Virus record (IMG/VR): IMGVR_UViG_3300022902_000004
Span: 126,268 to 190,267 of that record
Direction: 5' to 3' (one strand)
DNA length: 64,000 nt
From: a virus
Shown: positions 36,157 to 45,781 of the stretch, one piece after another
How positions within the stretch are numbered: position 1 is the first letter of the stretch
Layout of the letters: each line of letters opens with the position of its first letter
Made by a program: the position numbers and the translations under genes
The notes under the pieces: model-generated
Told to the model about the DNA's origin: nothing
Databases searched by the model: none
Seen by the model: the letters and a program-made list of their open reading frames with translations, nothing else

Positions 36157-37755
36157 TTATCCGAGCACCCACGAAAATTCGCTTGGGACATGTTCGGGTC
36201 GACCTCTGCTGCCATATGATCCATTCGGCATATTCATATATGGGTTCACGTTATTGACGTTTGTAACCTCACGTTGAGTGTCTTTATGCCTTTTGTTCAC
36301 GCCAAACCCTGCAAGCATGCCCTTTGCCGAGTCTTGACTTTTAACAGCACTTCCGGTGCCAGGCTCTACAAGCGAGTTTCCGATCGCCATAGCCATCACG
36401 ACATCATCGAATGAACCCTTCTTCGCGACGGGCTTATCACCCTTCATTACGAATGTTTTTAGCTCATCGACAAGCCTTGATGAACGAACCTTGATCGTGT
36501 TATTCCTTAACCGTTCTTCAAGCAATCTAAGGATTGGTCCACGTGTCTTGACACTCGTCACAAACCCGACTTTTCCTAAACTAACTTCAGTTGGGTCACC
36601 GTACATCAAATCGAATTTGTCTTTTAGCGATTTGAAATGAAGATTCTTATATCCAAGCTCAACGAGCTTTAGAATTGTCCCTTGCCCATACGTGTTATTT
36701 TCAGGACAAATTAAAGCGTTATTGAACTTCTTACCGACCTCGTCTAGCAGGACACCAAACTGATCGGGCCTTATTTTCCCTCGATATTCGCAAACCTGCT
36801 CAGCGGTGTTCTTGTTTATAACTTGGAATGATGAATAGTCATTTGCGTCGCCACGTGAAACGTCAGCCGACACTACGAATTCTTCTCCGACTTGTGGATA
36901 TGCCCATTGCCAAATTTCATTCTTGGCGCCCCATCTTTCGATCGGTGGCTCGATTTGCAGCCGTAGCCTTTCAATAATGTCGGCCGTGACGAACGTGTTA
37001 CCTGAACCTGCAAAGTCACACATCAGTTCCTGTGCAATTGCATGTGGTGTCATGTTCTTGACTTCTTTTTCCAGCCACACATCGTCTCTTTTCGGGTGAG
37101 CATGCCACATTAGCTTTGTAAGATTGAACTCACTAGTGCCTGCTTCAGCATCTTCGACTAGTTTATGATACATTCCTCCAGTACCATTCGGAGTGCTAAT
37201 AATAATAGCACGACCACCTTCTGCCAGCGTAAAATACAGACCAGTCCACAATGTATCAAAATCACGAATGAATGCAGCTTCGTCGACAATTAGTAACGAC
37301 AGTGCCTCAGAACGACCCGCATCTTCAGATGTTGGAATTGCTTTGATTTGCGAGCCATTACTGAATGCTACGAGCTGTTTTGTTCTTTCTGTCACAGACG
37401 GCAGAACAAGCCATTTTGGCAGTGCATTGAGGGCAACCTTCACCTTTTTGATAAAGTTCTGCGCAGTTGCTAACTTCGTAGCAATAACAAGAATGTTCTT
37501 GTCTCGATAAAAAATAGCCAGCCAAACTGCATAAATTGCAGTGACCGTTGAAAGGCCTAGCTGTCGAGCCTTGACGATGATGTTAAATCGATGGTCGATG
37601 AATGACTGGACACAATCATCCTGAAATTCGTATGTATCAAACTTGATCGTGCCTTTCATAGGCGTCTGGATCATCGCATACTTATTTATGAAATGAACAG
37701 GATCCTGGCCACAAAGAACAATCTCCTTTGCGTGTGTTGCAGTGGCGCGAGCCAT
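36157..37755 (-). CDS. terminase large subunit (T4 gp17-like)
   Basis: ARQLGLSTV (Walker A region, cf. gp17 SRQLGKT). LLIVDEAAFIRDF...AIIISTPNGTGGMYHKL aligns with gp17 MIYIEDCAFIPNF...KIIITTTPNGLNHFYDI. Confidence 0.9.
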   Translation of the reverse strand: MARATATHAKEIVLCGQDPVHFINKYAMIQTPMKGTIKFDTYEFQDDCVQSFIDHRFNIIVKARQLGLSTVTAIYAVWLAIFYRDKNILVIATKLATAQNFIKKVKVALNALPKWLVLPSVTERTKQLVAFSNGSQIKAIPTSEDAGRSEALSLLIVDEAAFIRDFDTLWTGLYFTLAEGGRAIIISTPNGTGGMYHKLVEDAEAGTSEFNLTKLMWHAHPKRDDVWLEKEVKNMTPHAIAQELMCDFAGSGNTFVTADIIERLRLQIEPPIERWGAKNEIWQWAYPQVGEEFVVSADVSRGDANDYSSFQVINKNTAEQVCEYRGKIRPDQFGVLLDEVGKKFNNALICPENNTYGQGTILKLVELGYKNLHFKSLKDKFDLMYGDPTEVSLGKVGFVTSVKTRGPILRLLEERLRNNTIKVRSSRLVDELKTFVMKGDKPVAKKGSFDDVVMAMAIGNSLVEPGTGSAVKSQDSAKGMLAGFGVNKRHKDTQREVTNVNNVNPYMNMPNGSYGSRGRPEHVPSEFSWVLG

Positions 37756-38130
37756 TTATGCAACCTTCAATACCCAGGTCATTCTGTAATACGCAATTTT
37801 TCTGGGTGAATTTGATGTCGCTGAAATCAGTTCGACATTGTCTGACGTCGAACTTTTCGTCGTACTTAGGGTGCTTCCGGCTTCGGCCTTGAACTCTTTT
37901 TTTAGCAAGGTCATGTACTCGGTGAGCCTTTGTGTTGCCTCATCTGTACATCGAATGACCTGCTCGCGAAGAGCATTCTCGGTTGCAAAGTGCACTATCA
38001 TCGTGTAATTTAGCACTAAGTTCTCGCCGGCCTGTTTGCATTTGATAGAATACGAACCATCTCGTGAAGATGACTTTCCAAATGTCGTATCAATCAAATT
38101 GCCCAGGACGTTCACGTCATTAAAGTTCAT
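37756..38130 (-). CDS. hypothetical protein (possible terminase small subunit by position)
   Basis: 124-aa ORF abutting the terminase large subunit start (TAAATG junction). No sequence signature. Confidence 0.3.
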   Translation of the reverse strand: MNFNDVNVLGNLIDTTFGKSSSRDGSYSIKCKQAGENLVLNYTMIVHFATENALREQVIRCTDEATQRLTEYMTLLKKEFKAEAGSTLSTTKSSTSDNVELISATSNSPRKIAYYRMTWVLKVA

Positions 38131-38374
38131 TTTTTCTTACCTCATTTCTGCATGGACGCCACCCGGTTTTCCACCGTTTGGCATTGATGTAGTAATAAGT
38201 ATCTACGCAATTGGTACATGCGTCTTTATCATGATATGATTCGAAATCTTTATCATCGCGAAGTAGGTGGTCGCAAACGGGACAAACATAAACTCTAACA
38301 ATGTCTGGCAGGACTAAACGATAACTGCCACGGAACACATTCTGCTTTTTCATTTTGTAAGTGTAAAACGACAT
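38120..38374 (-). CDS. small zinc-ribbon protein (CPVC...CTNC)
   Basis: 84-aa ORF with two Cys pairs. Start ambiguous. Confidence 0.35.
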   Translation of the reverse strand: MSFYTYKMKKQNVFRGSYRLVLPDIVRVYVCPVCDHLLRDDKDFESYHDKDACTNCVDTYYYINAKRWKTGWRPCRNEVRKNEL

Positions 38375-39192
38375 CCGCCGTTTGTAACACCTGGTGCTGA
38401 CAAAGCAACCGCCCTTGCGACTCTAGAACCGTACATCCTACTAATATCCTCGATGAACTTACCCACCGCCGGTGGAAGGGCTTTCTTGATTTCCGATACC
38501 CTTATCTTCGTTGAGATTGAATAACCCCATTGCTTATCTACATCGCTGAACCCGAGCTTTAGCATCTCTTCTTCAAATTTTTCTGCTGCCCAGAAGAAAA
38601 CATGACCGAGATTCTTTTCCTTCTCGACGTTGTGGAATTCACGATCTTCTGTGTTCATAGGCGACGAGATCAGAACCTTCCCACCTGGCTTCAACAAACG
38701 AAACGCCTCTTTGAAGAATAGCAGGTTTTGTTCGTATGAAAGATGTTCCACAGTCTCGCTCAGGACGACTGCGGAAATTGTTCCTGCCTTGATTGGAAGT
38801 GGCTTGGTGATGTCTGCACAAAGTGCCAACACATTTTTTCTGTTTTTGAACTTAGATGAAATGAGATAGTCTCGCCTAATGTCCACTCCGATGTAGTTCG
38901 GGTATGTTCGCTGCATTTTGTATGCGTTTTAGATTGGAATTTCCGCGCAGCCCATTTCTAGAATCACATCATTCTTATGATCTTCCATGGCGTTGAAACT
39001 ATGTAGCGCTCCCCAGGTACGCTCAAATGCCCCGAACAACCCATCATAGATTCCTTCCTGATCTGCCTGTCGTTTGGCAACGCTGTGCTTCATCAGCCCG
39101 GCGTTGTAGAATGCAACCCCTTCATCAAACTCAAGTGGTGCTGTAATGATGTCGGTGATTGCTTCTTTTTTGTTTGCTAGATTTTGTTGCAT
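38350..39192 (-). pseudogene. class I SAM-dependent methyltransferase interrupted by in-frame TAA (38929..38931)
   Basis: Upstream ORF ends ...DVILEMGCAEIPI* (start of motif I). Downstream ORF starts 12 nt later in the same frame with IGVDI (post-I), ADITKLP, VVLSETVEHL, LLKPGGKVLIS. A single MTase fold is split by one stop codon. Confidence 0.45.
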
Positions 39193-39199
39193 TATTTTC

Positions 39200-42100
39200 C
39201 TATAAAAATTTGACCTGGGCATCATGGCCCTTGGTTGTTGAAATCTCAATGATGTTGTCGACGACGTCTTTCACCGTGTCGACGTGTGATATTATTAAAA
39301 TCAGCCTGAACGTCTTTGTTAAACTCCTGAGCAGAGTTGTACAGGCTTCTACATTTGTCGCGTCGAGAGCACCAAACCCTTCATCAATAATCAGGACATC
39401 AGCTTTTGGAAGACTCGAAACTCGAACCAAAGCCGTACGAATTGCCAAGGATGACATCATTTTTTCCATGCCGCTACAGCACTCGATCACTCGTTTGGAG
39501 TCGCCGTAGTTTAGGATGATGTCCATACCTGCCGAATCGTCCACGGTCAGCTCAACAGTGAAACCGGTAATCCCCTGGAGGATGTTTGCAATCTCGACAT
39601 TGATTACCGGCAACTTACGCTTGACAATCTGGAGCGGGATTCCATTACGACTCAGTGCCTTGCCCAAGAGCGTCAATATTTGAACCTGTTGGTTGTTTTT
39701 CTCGAATTGGATTTTATCTGTTCGAAGGCGCTTCACCTCTGATGTCAACAGGCCGATTCGTTCACTCAGGGTTTGGATTCGTAACTTTGCCTCTTGCAGT
39801 TTTTCAGTTGCAAGCTTCTTCTTAGCCACCAGAATCTTGCGTTCCTTGGCACTTTCAGTTGAGCATAGATTGATTTTCATTCGTGACAACATTGAATTGT
39901 CAACGGCTAAATCTCGCTCGACGTTTGAAATACGACTCTCCAACCCGAGTATTTTCATGCTCAGTTTTGACTTGCTTTGTGCCAATAAGAACAGTTTTTC
40001 ATCATGCTCTTGTTTCTGGGCCAATTTCTCATCGACGTTTTCTTTGAGTAATTTCTTTAGAGATGACTTCAATGCGGCGACTCGTTTCTTCGATGCTAGC
40101 AAATCATCTTTTTTCTCGAGCATGTTCTTTTCGGCTTTCTTGGCGCTGATTATGTACTTGCATTGCGGAAAAGTGTCAGCACAGGGCACATCGCTTAGCT
40201 TTTTTACAGCTCGTTTGTCTGCCCGAAGCTTGGACGACTTTGTTTCAATTTCGCCTGTTGCCACAATGATCCCGTGCTCAGAATCAACAATCGCAACCTT
40301 TTTCTTTTTGAGTTTGGCAAAATCGATGTCCTGAATCTTGGTTTTCATCTCAGTAATTGTGGCATTGATTACGTCACGCTCGAGTGAAGCGACAGACATG
40401 GTTTCCATAAACTCGTCACGATCTTCATTTGCCTTTCTGATTTTCTCAGCCTGATCGTCAATTTCAGTCTGGACATACATTTCTTTTGTTTGTGAGTCCA
40501 ATGCAGAGTTTATGTTGTTCAAAATCCTCGTGATCTTTCCAAGGGAGTCAGATTCGGCAGTACGCTCCGCGATTCTCGCTTTTACCTTTGCCGTCTTATC
40601 AACAATCTTTGCATCGAACTGTTGTTCAGGTGCAGATTTGAGCATTTTCTTTGCGATGGACAAATCTTGCTTGACCAATTCAAATAGCGTGTCAAGGATA
40701 TCGAGCCTCAGGAATTTAGCCAGGATTGATTTTCTTGTTGCAGAACCTTGGTCCACAAAACGATTGATGTCGCCTTGGGATGCCAACGTCGTCAAAAGGA
40801 AGTCGTCCAAGGTTCCAACCAGCCCACGCAATATCTTTTCGGTTTCTCTGCGTTGCTCCTCAGAAATATCCTTCAGGGGTGTTCCTGTTTCATCGGATTC
40901 AAAAAGGTTCAGGTGGGTCACTGCATGGTGATCTCCTTTTTTCGTCGTCTTTTTTACAGTCTGACGCTCTACAAGGTAGTTTTTTCCCTTCTTTGAGATG
41001 AGAGCCTTGGCAACACAATATCCTTTTCTTGCATTCACAATGTGCATGTTCTTCATTGCGCCACGATCTGTACCGTTGAATAATGCGTAAGTTGCTGCAC
41101 CACACAAAGATGATTTTCCTGACCGATTCTTACCAAAAATGCCCGTAATACCGCTTGCGGACTCAAAGTTTACAATGTTTCCTTCACCGTACCCGAATAT
41201 ATTATCAAACTCCATTCGACGGAGAGACCACCGACCGGACGTTGAGTTATCAGCGAGTTTTGCAGACTTCCAAACGCCTGATAAGGTCTTCGCCATCTCA
41301 TTTATTGTTTCATCGTCCAATTTTGCGTTGGCATAGAACTCTTTGATTAGATTGTTTACCGCGTCGAAGCTGTCGAGTTTTATTGTTTCATCAAGGAGTT
41401 CATCTGAAAGTTCTAATGTTGCAGCATCTACCTCTCGTTTGAAAACAATTTCGGTTGGACCGGAGACGCTTTTTATTGCTGCGCGAATTTGTGACATGTC
41501 GGCTTGGGTTGCGGCACTCTGAATCTTGACTCTCACGTGCGCTGACGATGGATAGTCTTCCATTTCAGATTGCAGCTTGTCTAGATCATCGTCGTAATCC
41601 AAAGTCACGAATGGATGCTCATGTTTGATCTCGACATGCTTCACATCAAAATCATCTTTCGATTTGATGTCCCACATTAGGAAACCCTTTCCAGGGGTCT
41701 CGGCGTAGTTTTGTTGAATTGCGCTGCCGCTAAATCTGATCCGACCGGCCTTGTCAAGAATCTGTTGCTTGTGAATGTCACCTAGCATGACGAAATCATA
41801 CCCTTCAAAGAACTTCAAATTGACATCACTTTCAAGAGCCCAGGCGGCATCTGTTTCCGAATTGTGGACGACGCCATGGAACGTCGCAATGTTGATCTTT
41901 CCTTCTTCAGGCTTCACATCCGGCCATCCGGCTTCATCGAAACATGAAAAAACACAAATGTTGCACTCATCATTCATAGGATATGTGCCGGACTTTTTGT
42001 ATAGCTTGATTCTGGGATTGTCGATTGCAGCGAGGATCGGTGAGATTGCATCCTCTCTGTCTGGATTCAAAATAAGGCCGTCATGGTTGCCAAGGGTCAC

Positions 42101-42352
42101 GTGGACCTCTGCTATTTCAGCCAAACCGTTGAACCACCATGTCAAATTTGAAATCAGTTCAGGGGAAATGCCTTGGGTTTTTGAGTGAACGATGTCACCG
42201 GCGATGAAAATAATGTCTGGTTTCAAAGTATGCAACTTTGAAAATGCGTCTTCAAACGCTGTGCGATATTCATCGTGCCTAGAAAGAGAGCGCCAGTGTA
42301 TATCGCTTAAATGACAGATCTTAGTAATGTGACACCTCGAGGTTATTTTCAA
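39200..42352 (-). CDS. fused Mre11-Rad50 (SbcD-SbcC; T4 gp47-gp46 equivalent) recombination nuclease/ATPase
   Basis: N-terminal calcineurin-like phosphoesterase motifs (HLSDIHW, GDIVH, GNHD, TFHG). Then Rad50 Walker A FGKNRSGKSSL, long coiled coils, C-terminal signature/Walker B LIIDEGFGALD and ILIISHVDTV. Confidence 0.8.
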   Translation of the reverse strand: MKITSRCHITKICHLSDIHWRSLSRHDEYRTAFEDAFSKLHTLKPDIIFIAGDIVHSKTQGISPELISNLTWWFNGLAEIAEVHVTLGNHDGLILNPDREDAISPILAAIDNPRIKLYKKSGTYPMNDECNICVFSCFDEAGWPDVKPEEGKINIATFHGVVHNSETDAAWALESDVNLKFFEGYDFVMLGDIHKQQILDKAGRIRFSGSAIQQNYAETPGKGFLMWDIKSKDDFDVKHVEIKHEHPFVTLDYDDDLDKLQSEMEDYPSSAHVRVKIQSAATQADMSQIRAAIKSVSGPTEIVFKREVDAATLELSDELLDETIKLDSFDAVNNLIKEFYANAKLDDETINEMAKTLSGVWKSAKLADNSTSGRWSLRRMEFDNIFGYGEGNIVNFESASGITGIFGKNRSGKSSLCGAATYALFNGTDRGAMKNMHIVNARKGYCVAKALISKKGKNYLVERQTVKKTTKKGDHHAVTHLNLFESDETGTPLKDISEEQRRETEKILRGLVGTLDDFLLTTLASQGDINRFVDQGSATRKSILAKFLRLDILDTLFELVKQDLSIAKKMLKSAPEQQFDAKIVDKTAKVKARIAERTAESDSLGKITRILNNINSALDSQTKEMYVQTEIDDQAEKIRKANEDRDEFMETMSVASLERDVINATITEMKTKIQDIDFAKLKKKKVAIVDSEHGIIVATGEIETKSSKLRADKRAVKKLSDVPCADTFPQCKYIISAKKAEKNMLEKKDDLLASKKRVAALKSSLKKLLKENVDEKLAQKQEHDEKLFLLAQSKSKLSMKILGLESRISNVERDLAVDNSMLSRMKINLCSTESAKERKILVAKKKLATEKLQEAKLRIQTLSERIGLLTSEVKRLRTDKIQFEKNNQQVQILTLLGKALSRNGIPLQIVKRKLPVINVEIANILQGITGFTVELTVDDSAGMDIILNYGDSKRVIECCSGMEKMMSSLAIRTALVRVSSLPKADVLIIDEGFGALDATNVEACTTLLRSLTKTFRLILIISHVDTVKDVVDNIIEISTTKGHDAQVKFL

Positions 42353-43130
42353 AAATCATAACATACGTCCAATTCTTGTTATTACAAAAACCTATTGCAG
42401 CTCTTTTTTTTGCATCTACTTTTTCTGGGTCCCTTATAAACCCTTTGATTTCTTCAATGCATGTACTTCCGGAACAGCTTTCTACTAGTATATCCGGTAT
42501 GTATATATGTTCGGATCCGTCATGACTATATTTTATTTTTATGCCGTGCGACGTTGTAAACTTAACAACTTCATCACATGATTCAAGAAATCGCAATCTG
42601 CGCAGTTCGTATGACGACATATAATACATTCGTTCACCAGCTTTCTTCGAATAAAACCAGCCTCTTGCTGTGTTTTTCATTTGACCGGATTTTATAAAAA
42701 TCTTCTCAATTATTTCATCAAATTCTTTTTCGCTCTTTTTTGACCAATGGTTTTCTTTTATTAGTTGCCTTGTTTTATTCGAAACTGTTTTCCCGGTGCA
42801 GGCACTGCTATGCTTGTCTTTTCTGTCGTCAGTCCAGTACTCTTTTGCGTGTTTTTTTGTCCACCTAAACGCCTTACCGGTTTCATTGATTTGTTTCATG
42901 ACCCGACTGCCATTACTCGAAATAGCTTTTCGAATTTTCTTAGTTTCTTCTTTTGGTTTTTTTGACCAGTGATTTTCTTTAATTTTTTTGCTCACTTCTT
43001 TCTTCTTTTCACTTGTCATGACATCACCATACAATCGCCGATATTCGGCAACCCCCATATTATGTTTAAACTTCAAGTGAGAAGGAGAAATAATTCCAAA
43101 TTTTTTGTGGCATAGCTGACATTCTATCAT
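42321..43130 (-). CDS. freestanding homing endonuclease-like protein (zinc finger + ENHWSKK repeats + PD-(D/E)xK-like C-domain)
   Basis: Probable start MIECQLCHKKFG at 43130 (SD GAGGT). C-terminal YIPDILVE...CIEEIKG. 3' end overlaps the sbcCD-like start. Inserted between primase and Mre11-Rad50 genes. Confidence 0.5.
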   Translation of the reverse strand: MIECQLCHKKFGIISPSHLKFKHNMGVAEYRRLYGDVMTSEKKKEVSKKIKENHWSKKPKEETKKIRKAISSNGSRVMKQINETGKAFRWTKKHAKEYWTDDRKDKHSSACTGKTVSNKTRQLIKENHWSKKSEKEFDEIIEKIFIKSGQMKNTARGWFYSKKAGERMYYMSSYELRRLRFLESCDEVVKFTTSHGIKIKYSHDGSEHIYIPDILVESCSGSTCIEEIKGFIRDPEKVDAKKRAAIGFCNNKNWTYVMIFENNLEVSHY

Positions 43131-43185
43131 TTTAGATACCTCGCAGATATAAGTATCTTGACATCGGCCATGTGGCAAATTTTTG

Positions 43186-44145
43186 TCATAGTATAGAACC
43201 GCTCTTGATTTTTGAAATCTTGTGATTGAGAAAAGAAACTGGAGTCCACCGTGCCGTCGTCGCCAAAATGTCACGAACATCGCTTTTCGTTCTGCTGCCT
43301 AGGTCGTTACCCTTGATCGTTAAGTTATAAACGGAACAACCGGCAAGAGATAAACGGCGACATACGTCATGAATTCTGCTTTCTGCATCTTCATCAAACG
43401 CCACGATAACCGTACTTTCATGTTGCTTCAACCTCATAAATAAATTACTGCCTGATGCTAGCGAAGAACCTAACACAGGAACTGTATTCTCCGGACATTT
43501 TACTGCATCGAACACACCTTCCACAAGAATGATCGGTTCATCCCAGTTGATGTCGAACTCGTTAAAAATGACCGTTCGTTTCGGCACGTCAGCATTTTTG
43601 TATTTGAATTTTGTTTCATCGATGCACCTCGCCGTGTAGTAGTTGAGCTGGCCTGAGGCTGTAAATGACGGGAAGATTGCCTTGCGGCGAAACTTGAACT
43701 CATTTGACACACATATGCGCCATCTATACATATCCATTTTCGTCAGGCCACGGGCTTTTAGGTATCTTTTTACATCATTTGCGTCGGGATCATTTTTCGC
43801 GGACATTAACAAAACTGAATCTTCCGGCAGTTCCGGCGGCAGAATGATCTCTTCGAGAGCCTGCTGGTCTGTATATGACCGGTCTTCATGAAATAATTGT
43901 GCGCATCGAGGGGCATAATTTTTAGCGAACTTGCGAAACAAAAAGTTGATGTTTTTGCCAGAGGTGCCGCATACCCAACAATGATACCAGCCGGTTGCCA
44001 GCTCAATATATAGCTTTTTCTTATTTTTTCGGCCATCTTTGCAACTTGGACAGGAAACGTGGAAGTTTACCTTCCCAGTTTCCATGTAACCAGATCCAAA
44101 CGCAGCTTCAAATAAAGCAGTCTTTTTTGATATTTCTAAGCCCAC
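43186..44145 (-). CDS. DNA primase (DnaG/T4 gp61-like)
   Basis: Zinc-binding CPSCKDGRKNKKKLYIE...WYHCWVCGTSGKNINFL. Toprim motifs ILVEGVFDA and VIVAFDEDAES. Confidence 0.8.
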   Translation of the reverse strand: MGLEISKKTALFEAAFGSGYMETGKVNFHVSCPSCKDGRKNKKKLYIELATGWYHCWVCGTSGKNINFLFRKFAKNYAPRCAQLFHEDRSYTDQQALEEIILPPELPEDSVLLMSAKNDPDANDVKRYLKARGLTKMDMYRWRICVSNEFKFRRKAIFPSFTASGQLNYYTARCIDETKFKYKNADVPKRTVIFNEFDINWDEPIILVEGVFDAVKCPENTVPVLGSSLASGSNLFMRLKQHESTVIVAFDEDAESRIHDVCRRLSLAGCSVYNLTIKGNDLGSRTKSDVRDILATTARWTPVSFLNHKISKIKSGSIL

Positions 44146-44735
44146 TATACATTTGTATCACTAATGTCTGTGGTTTTCAAAACATCGGCGCCAAAACGAG
44201 CAACAACATATGCATCGGCGATGTCAAAACAAACTGCCTCATTACGTGTGATACCCTTATTCTTCCCGCTTTTGAGTACTTTTGTGGGCCATGGGTATGA
44301 AATCATGTCTGGTTGAACCTTCACCCACTCAAAAACTTGGTCTTTCGTGTTGAGGGGTAGTTTCCTGTTGACGAAGCACCCGACGGCTTTCCTCGTGGAA
44401 ATCACATTGGCCAGGTATAATGGGCAATCAAAAATTGAACGAGCGAGGTAACTAGCAATACCGTTGAACCGGTTTAGCTTCGCCAACGTCCCAGCAGAAG
44501 ACATCCTGCTTCTAAACGCCTGGAGAGCCTCCTCAACAACAATCACGTCAATCTCGTGATCGTACGCCACATCGGAAAGATGTTCCCTCAACATGCACGA
44601 CTTCGTATAGAGACCTTTTGTTTTTGTCATCGAAATACCGTCGGCAATGACAACACGATCTTCCATTGGTAACGATGTGTCAATTACACAAACACCCACG
44701 TTTGACGTTGAAACGTCCAATCCTAAAACTTTCAT
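44145..44735 (-). CDS. RuvC-like Holliday junction resolvase
   Basis: MKVLGLDVSTSNVGVCVID (Asp7 equivalent), VIVVEEAL (Glu66 equivalent), FDIADAY (DxxD). Confidence 0.65.
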   Translation of the reverse strand: MKVLGLDVSTSNVGVCVIDTSLPMEDRVVIADGISMTKTKGLYTKSCMLREHLSDVAYDHEIDVIVVEEALQAFRSRMSSAGTLAKLNRFNGIASYLARSIFDCPLYLANVISTRKAVGCFVNRKLPLNTKDQVFEWVKVQPDMISYPWPTKVLKSGKNKGITRNEAVCFDIADAYVVARFGADVLKTTDISDTNV

Positions 44736-44742
44736 ACACGTA

Positions 44743-45741
44743 TTATGACATAATTTTTAGTTCGCGTAAATCGTGTTCTGTTATGAATCGATATTCGTTG
44801 ATCCCTTCAGACTCACAGAATTTTCGGGATGCTAATGCTTTTTGTTGAACTTTTTCTGTGTTTATAAACATTGACGGTTTCACTTCCCATATTTGTCTTG
44901 TTCCGTCACTAAATTCAACCAAAAAATCAGGAATATACCACCTTTTTTCCCCATTGTAACGATATGGAATTTTAATTGTTTCATATCCATATGATGCTAC
45001 ATTATCATCATTGTCGAGAAAGTTCATTGTTATTAGTTCCCAACCGGAACGATAGAACATTTTCTTGCCTGTTTTTGGTGAAACGTGTTCACCGGCTTGG
45101 CGATTTTTTCCGTACGGCTTTATTTTGCCAGCTAACATCATTTCTGCACGTTTTAGCGACATAATTGCCTTAGATTCAACAGTATGGCACTTTCCATACA
45201 TCGGATTGTTTTTTCCCTTCGAGCGATTTGAATTACGTTGCTCGGCGCTCATTTTCTTTTTTGATTCTTCGCTATGCTTTCGACCTGTCCATGGGTGAAC
45301 ATATGTCCCTTCTTTTTGCTTTTTACGAATTGTACGACTAATATTTGCACGGGCTTCTGGCGTCATACTTTTCTCATGCCAAATCGCATAAGTTTCTGGG
45401 TTTTTTGATTTCCATGATCCGTAACATTGAGGTTTGCAAAAGCTTCCATGAATTTCATTTGGGGCAGCCTGAGACGTCCATCGCTCAATTAGTTTTCCGC
45501 AATCTCTGCAGTTTGCTTTTGTTATTGCTGCACCGTGACCGCCGAAGCCGTCAGACTTACGATGACCGTATGTACATTTTTTTGAACATCGATGTATTTT
45601 TGCTCTTACGTATGCAGTTCTATATTTTCCAGCACGCTCAAACGTCGAACCACAAATATCACATTTGATGACTACAACCGTTGGTGGATTACCAGGAGCG
45701 CCCGGTCTTTTTCTTGGAAGTTGTTTTATTTCTATGATCAT
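44743..45741 (-). CDS. freestanding homing endonuclease-like protein (NUMOD3-like repeats + PD-(D/E)xK)
   Basis: HPWTGRKHSEESKKKMSAEQR and NNPMYGKCHTVESKAIMS are NUMOD3-like. C-terminal WYIPDFLVEF...IWEVKP. Paralogous architecture to 25465..26460. Confidence 0.55.
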   Translation of the reverse strand: MIIEIKQLPRKRPGAPGNPPTVVVIKCDICGSTFERAGKYRTAYVRAKIHRCSKKCTYGHRKSDGFGGHGAAITKANCRDCGKLIERWTSQAAPNEIHGSFCKPQCYGSWKSKNPETYAIWHEKSMTPEARANISRTIRKKQKEGTYVHPWTGRKHSEESKKKMSAEQRNSNRSKGKNNPMYGKCHTVESKAIMSLKRAEMMLAGKIKPYGKNRQAGEHVSPKTGKKMFYRSGWELITMNFLDNDDNVASYGYETIKIPYRYNGEKRWYIPDFLVEFSDGTRQIWEVKPSMFINTEKVQQKALASRKFCESEGINEYRFITEHDLRELKIMS

Positions 45742-45781
45742 GTTTCTAAGTATAGCGTCATCTCAGAAAATGTATAGGAAA

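Noticed and set aside
38929-38931. In-frame TAA in the methyltransferase as evidence for genome-wide stop-codon reassignment
   Set aside because: Every other conserved gene examined (MCP, portal, terminase, sheaths, protease, primase) reads through normally in standard code with TAA/TAG/TGA used as stops. An isolated interruption is more consistent with a pseudogene or error. Kept as a low-interest finding only.
42300-42352. MKIT... start of the Mre11-Rad50 fusion as another member of the MKITESQLRKLIRE family
   Set aside because: Only MKI is shared. MKIL/MKIT followed by the D-x-H phosphoesterase motif is the normal Mre11/SbcD N-terminus. Coincidental.
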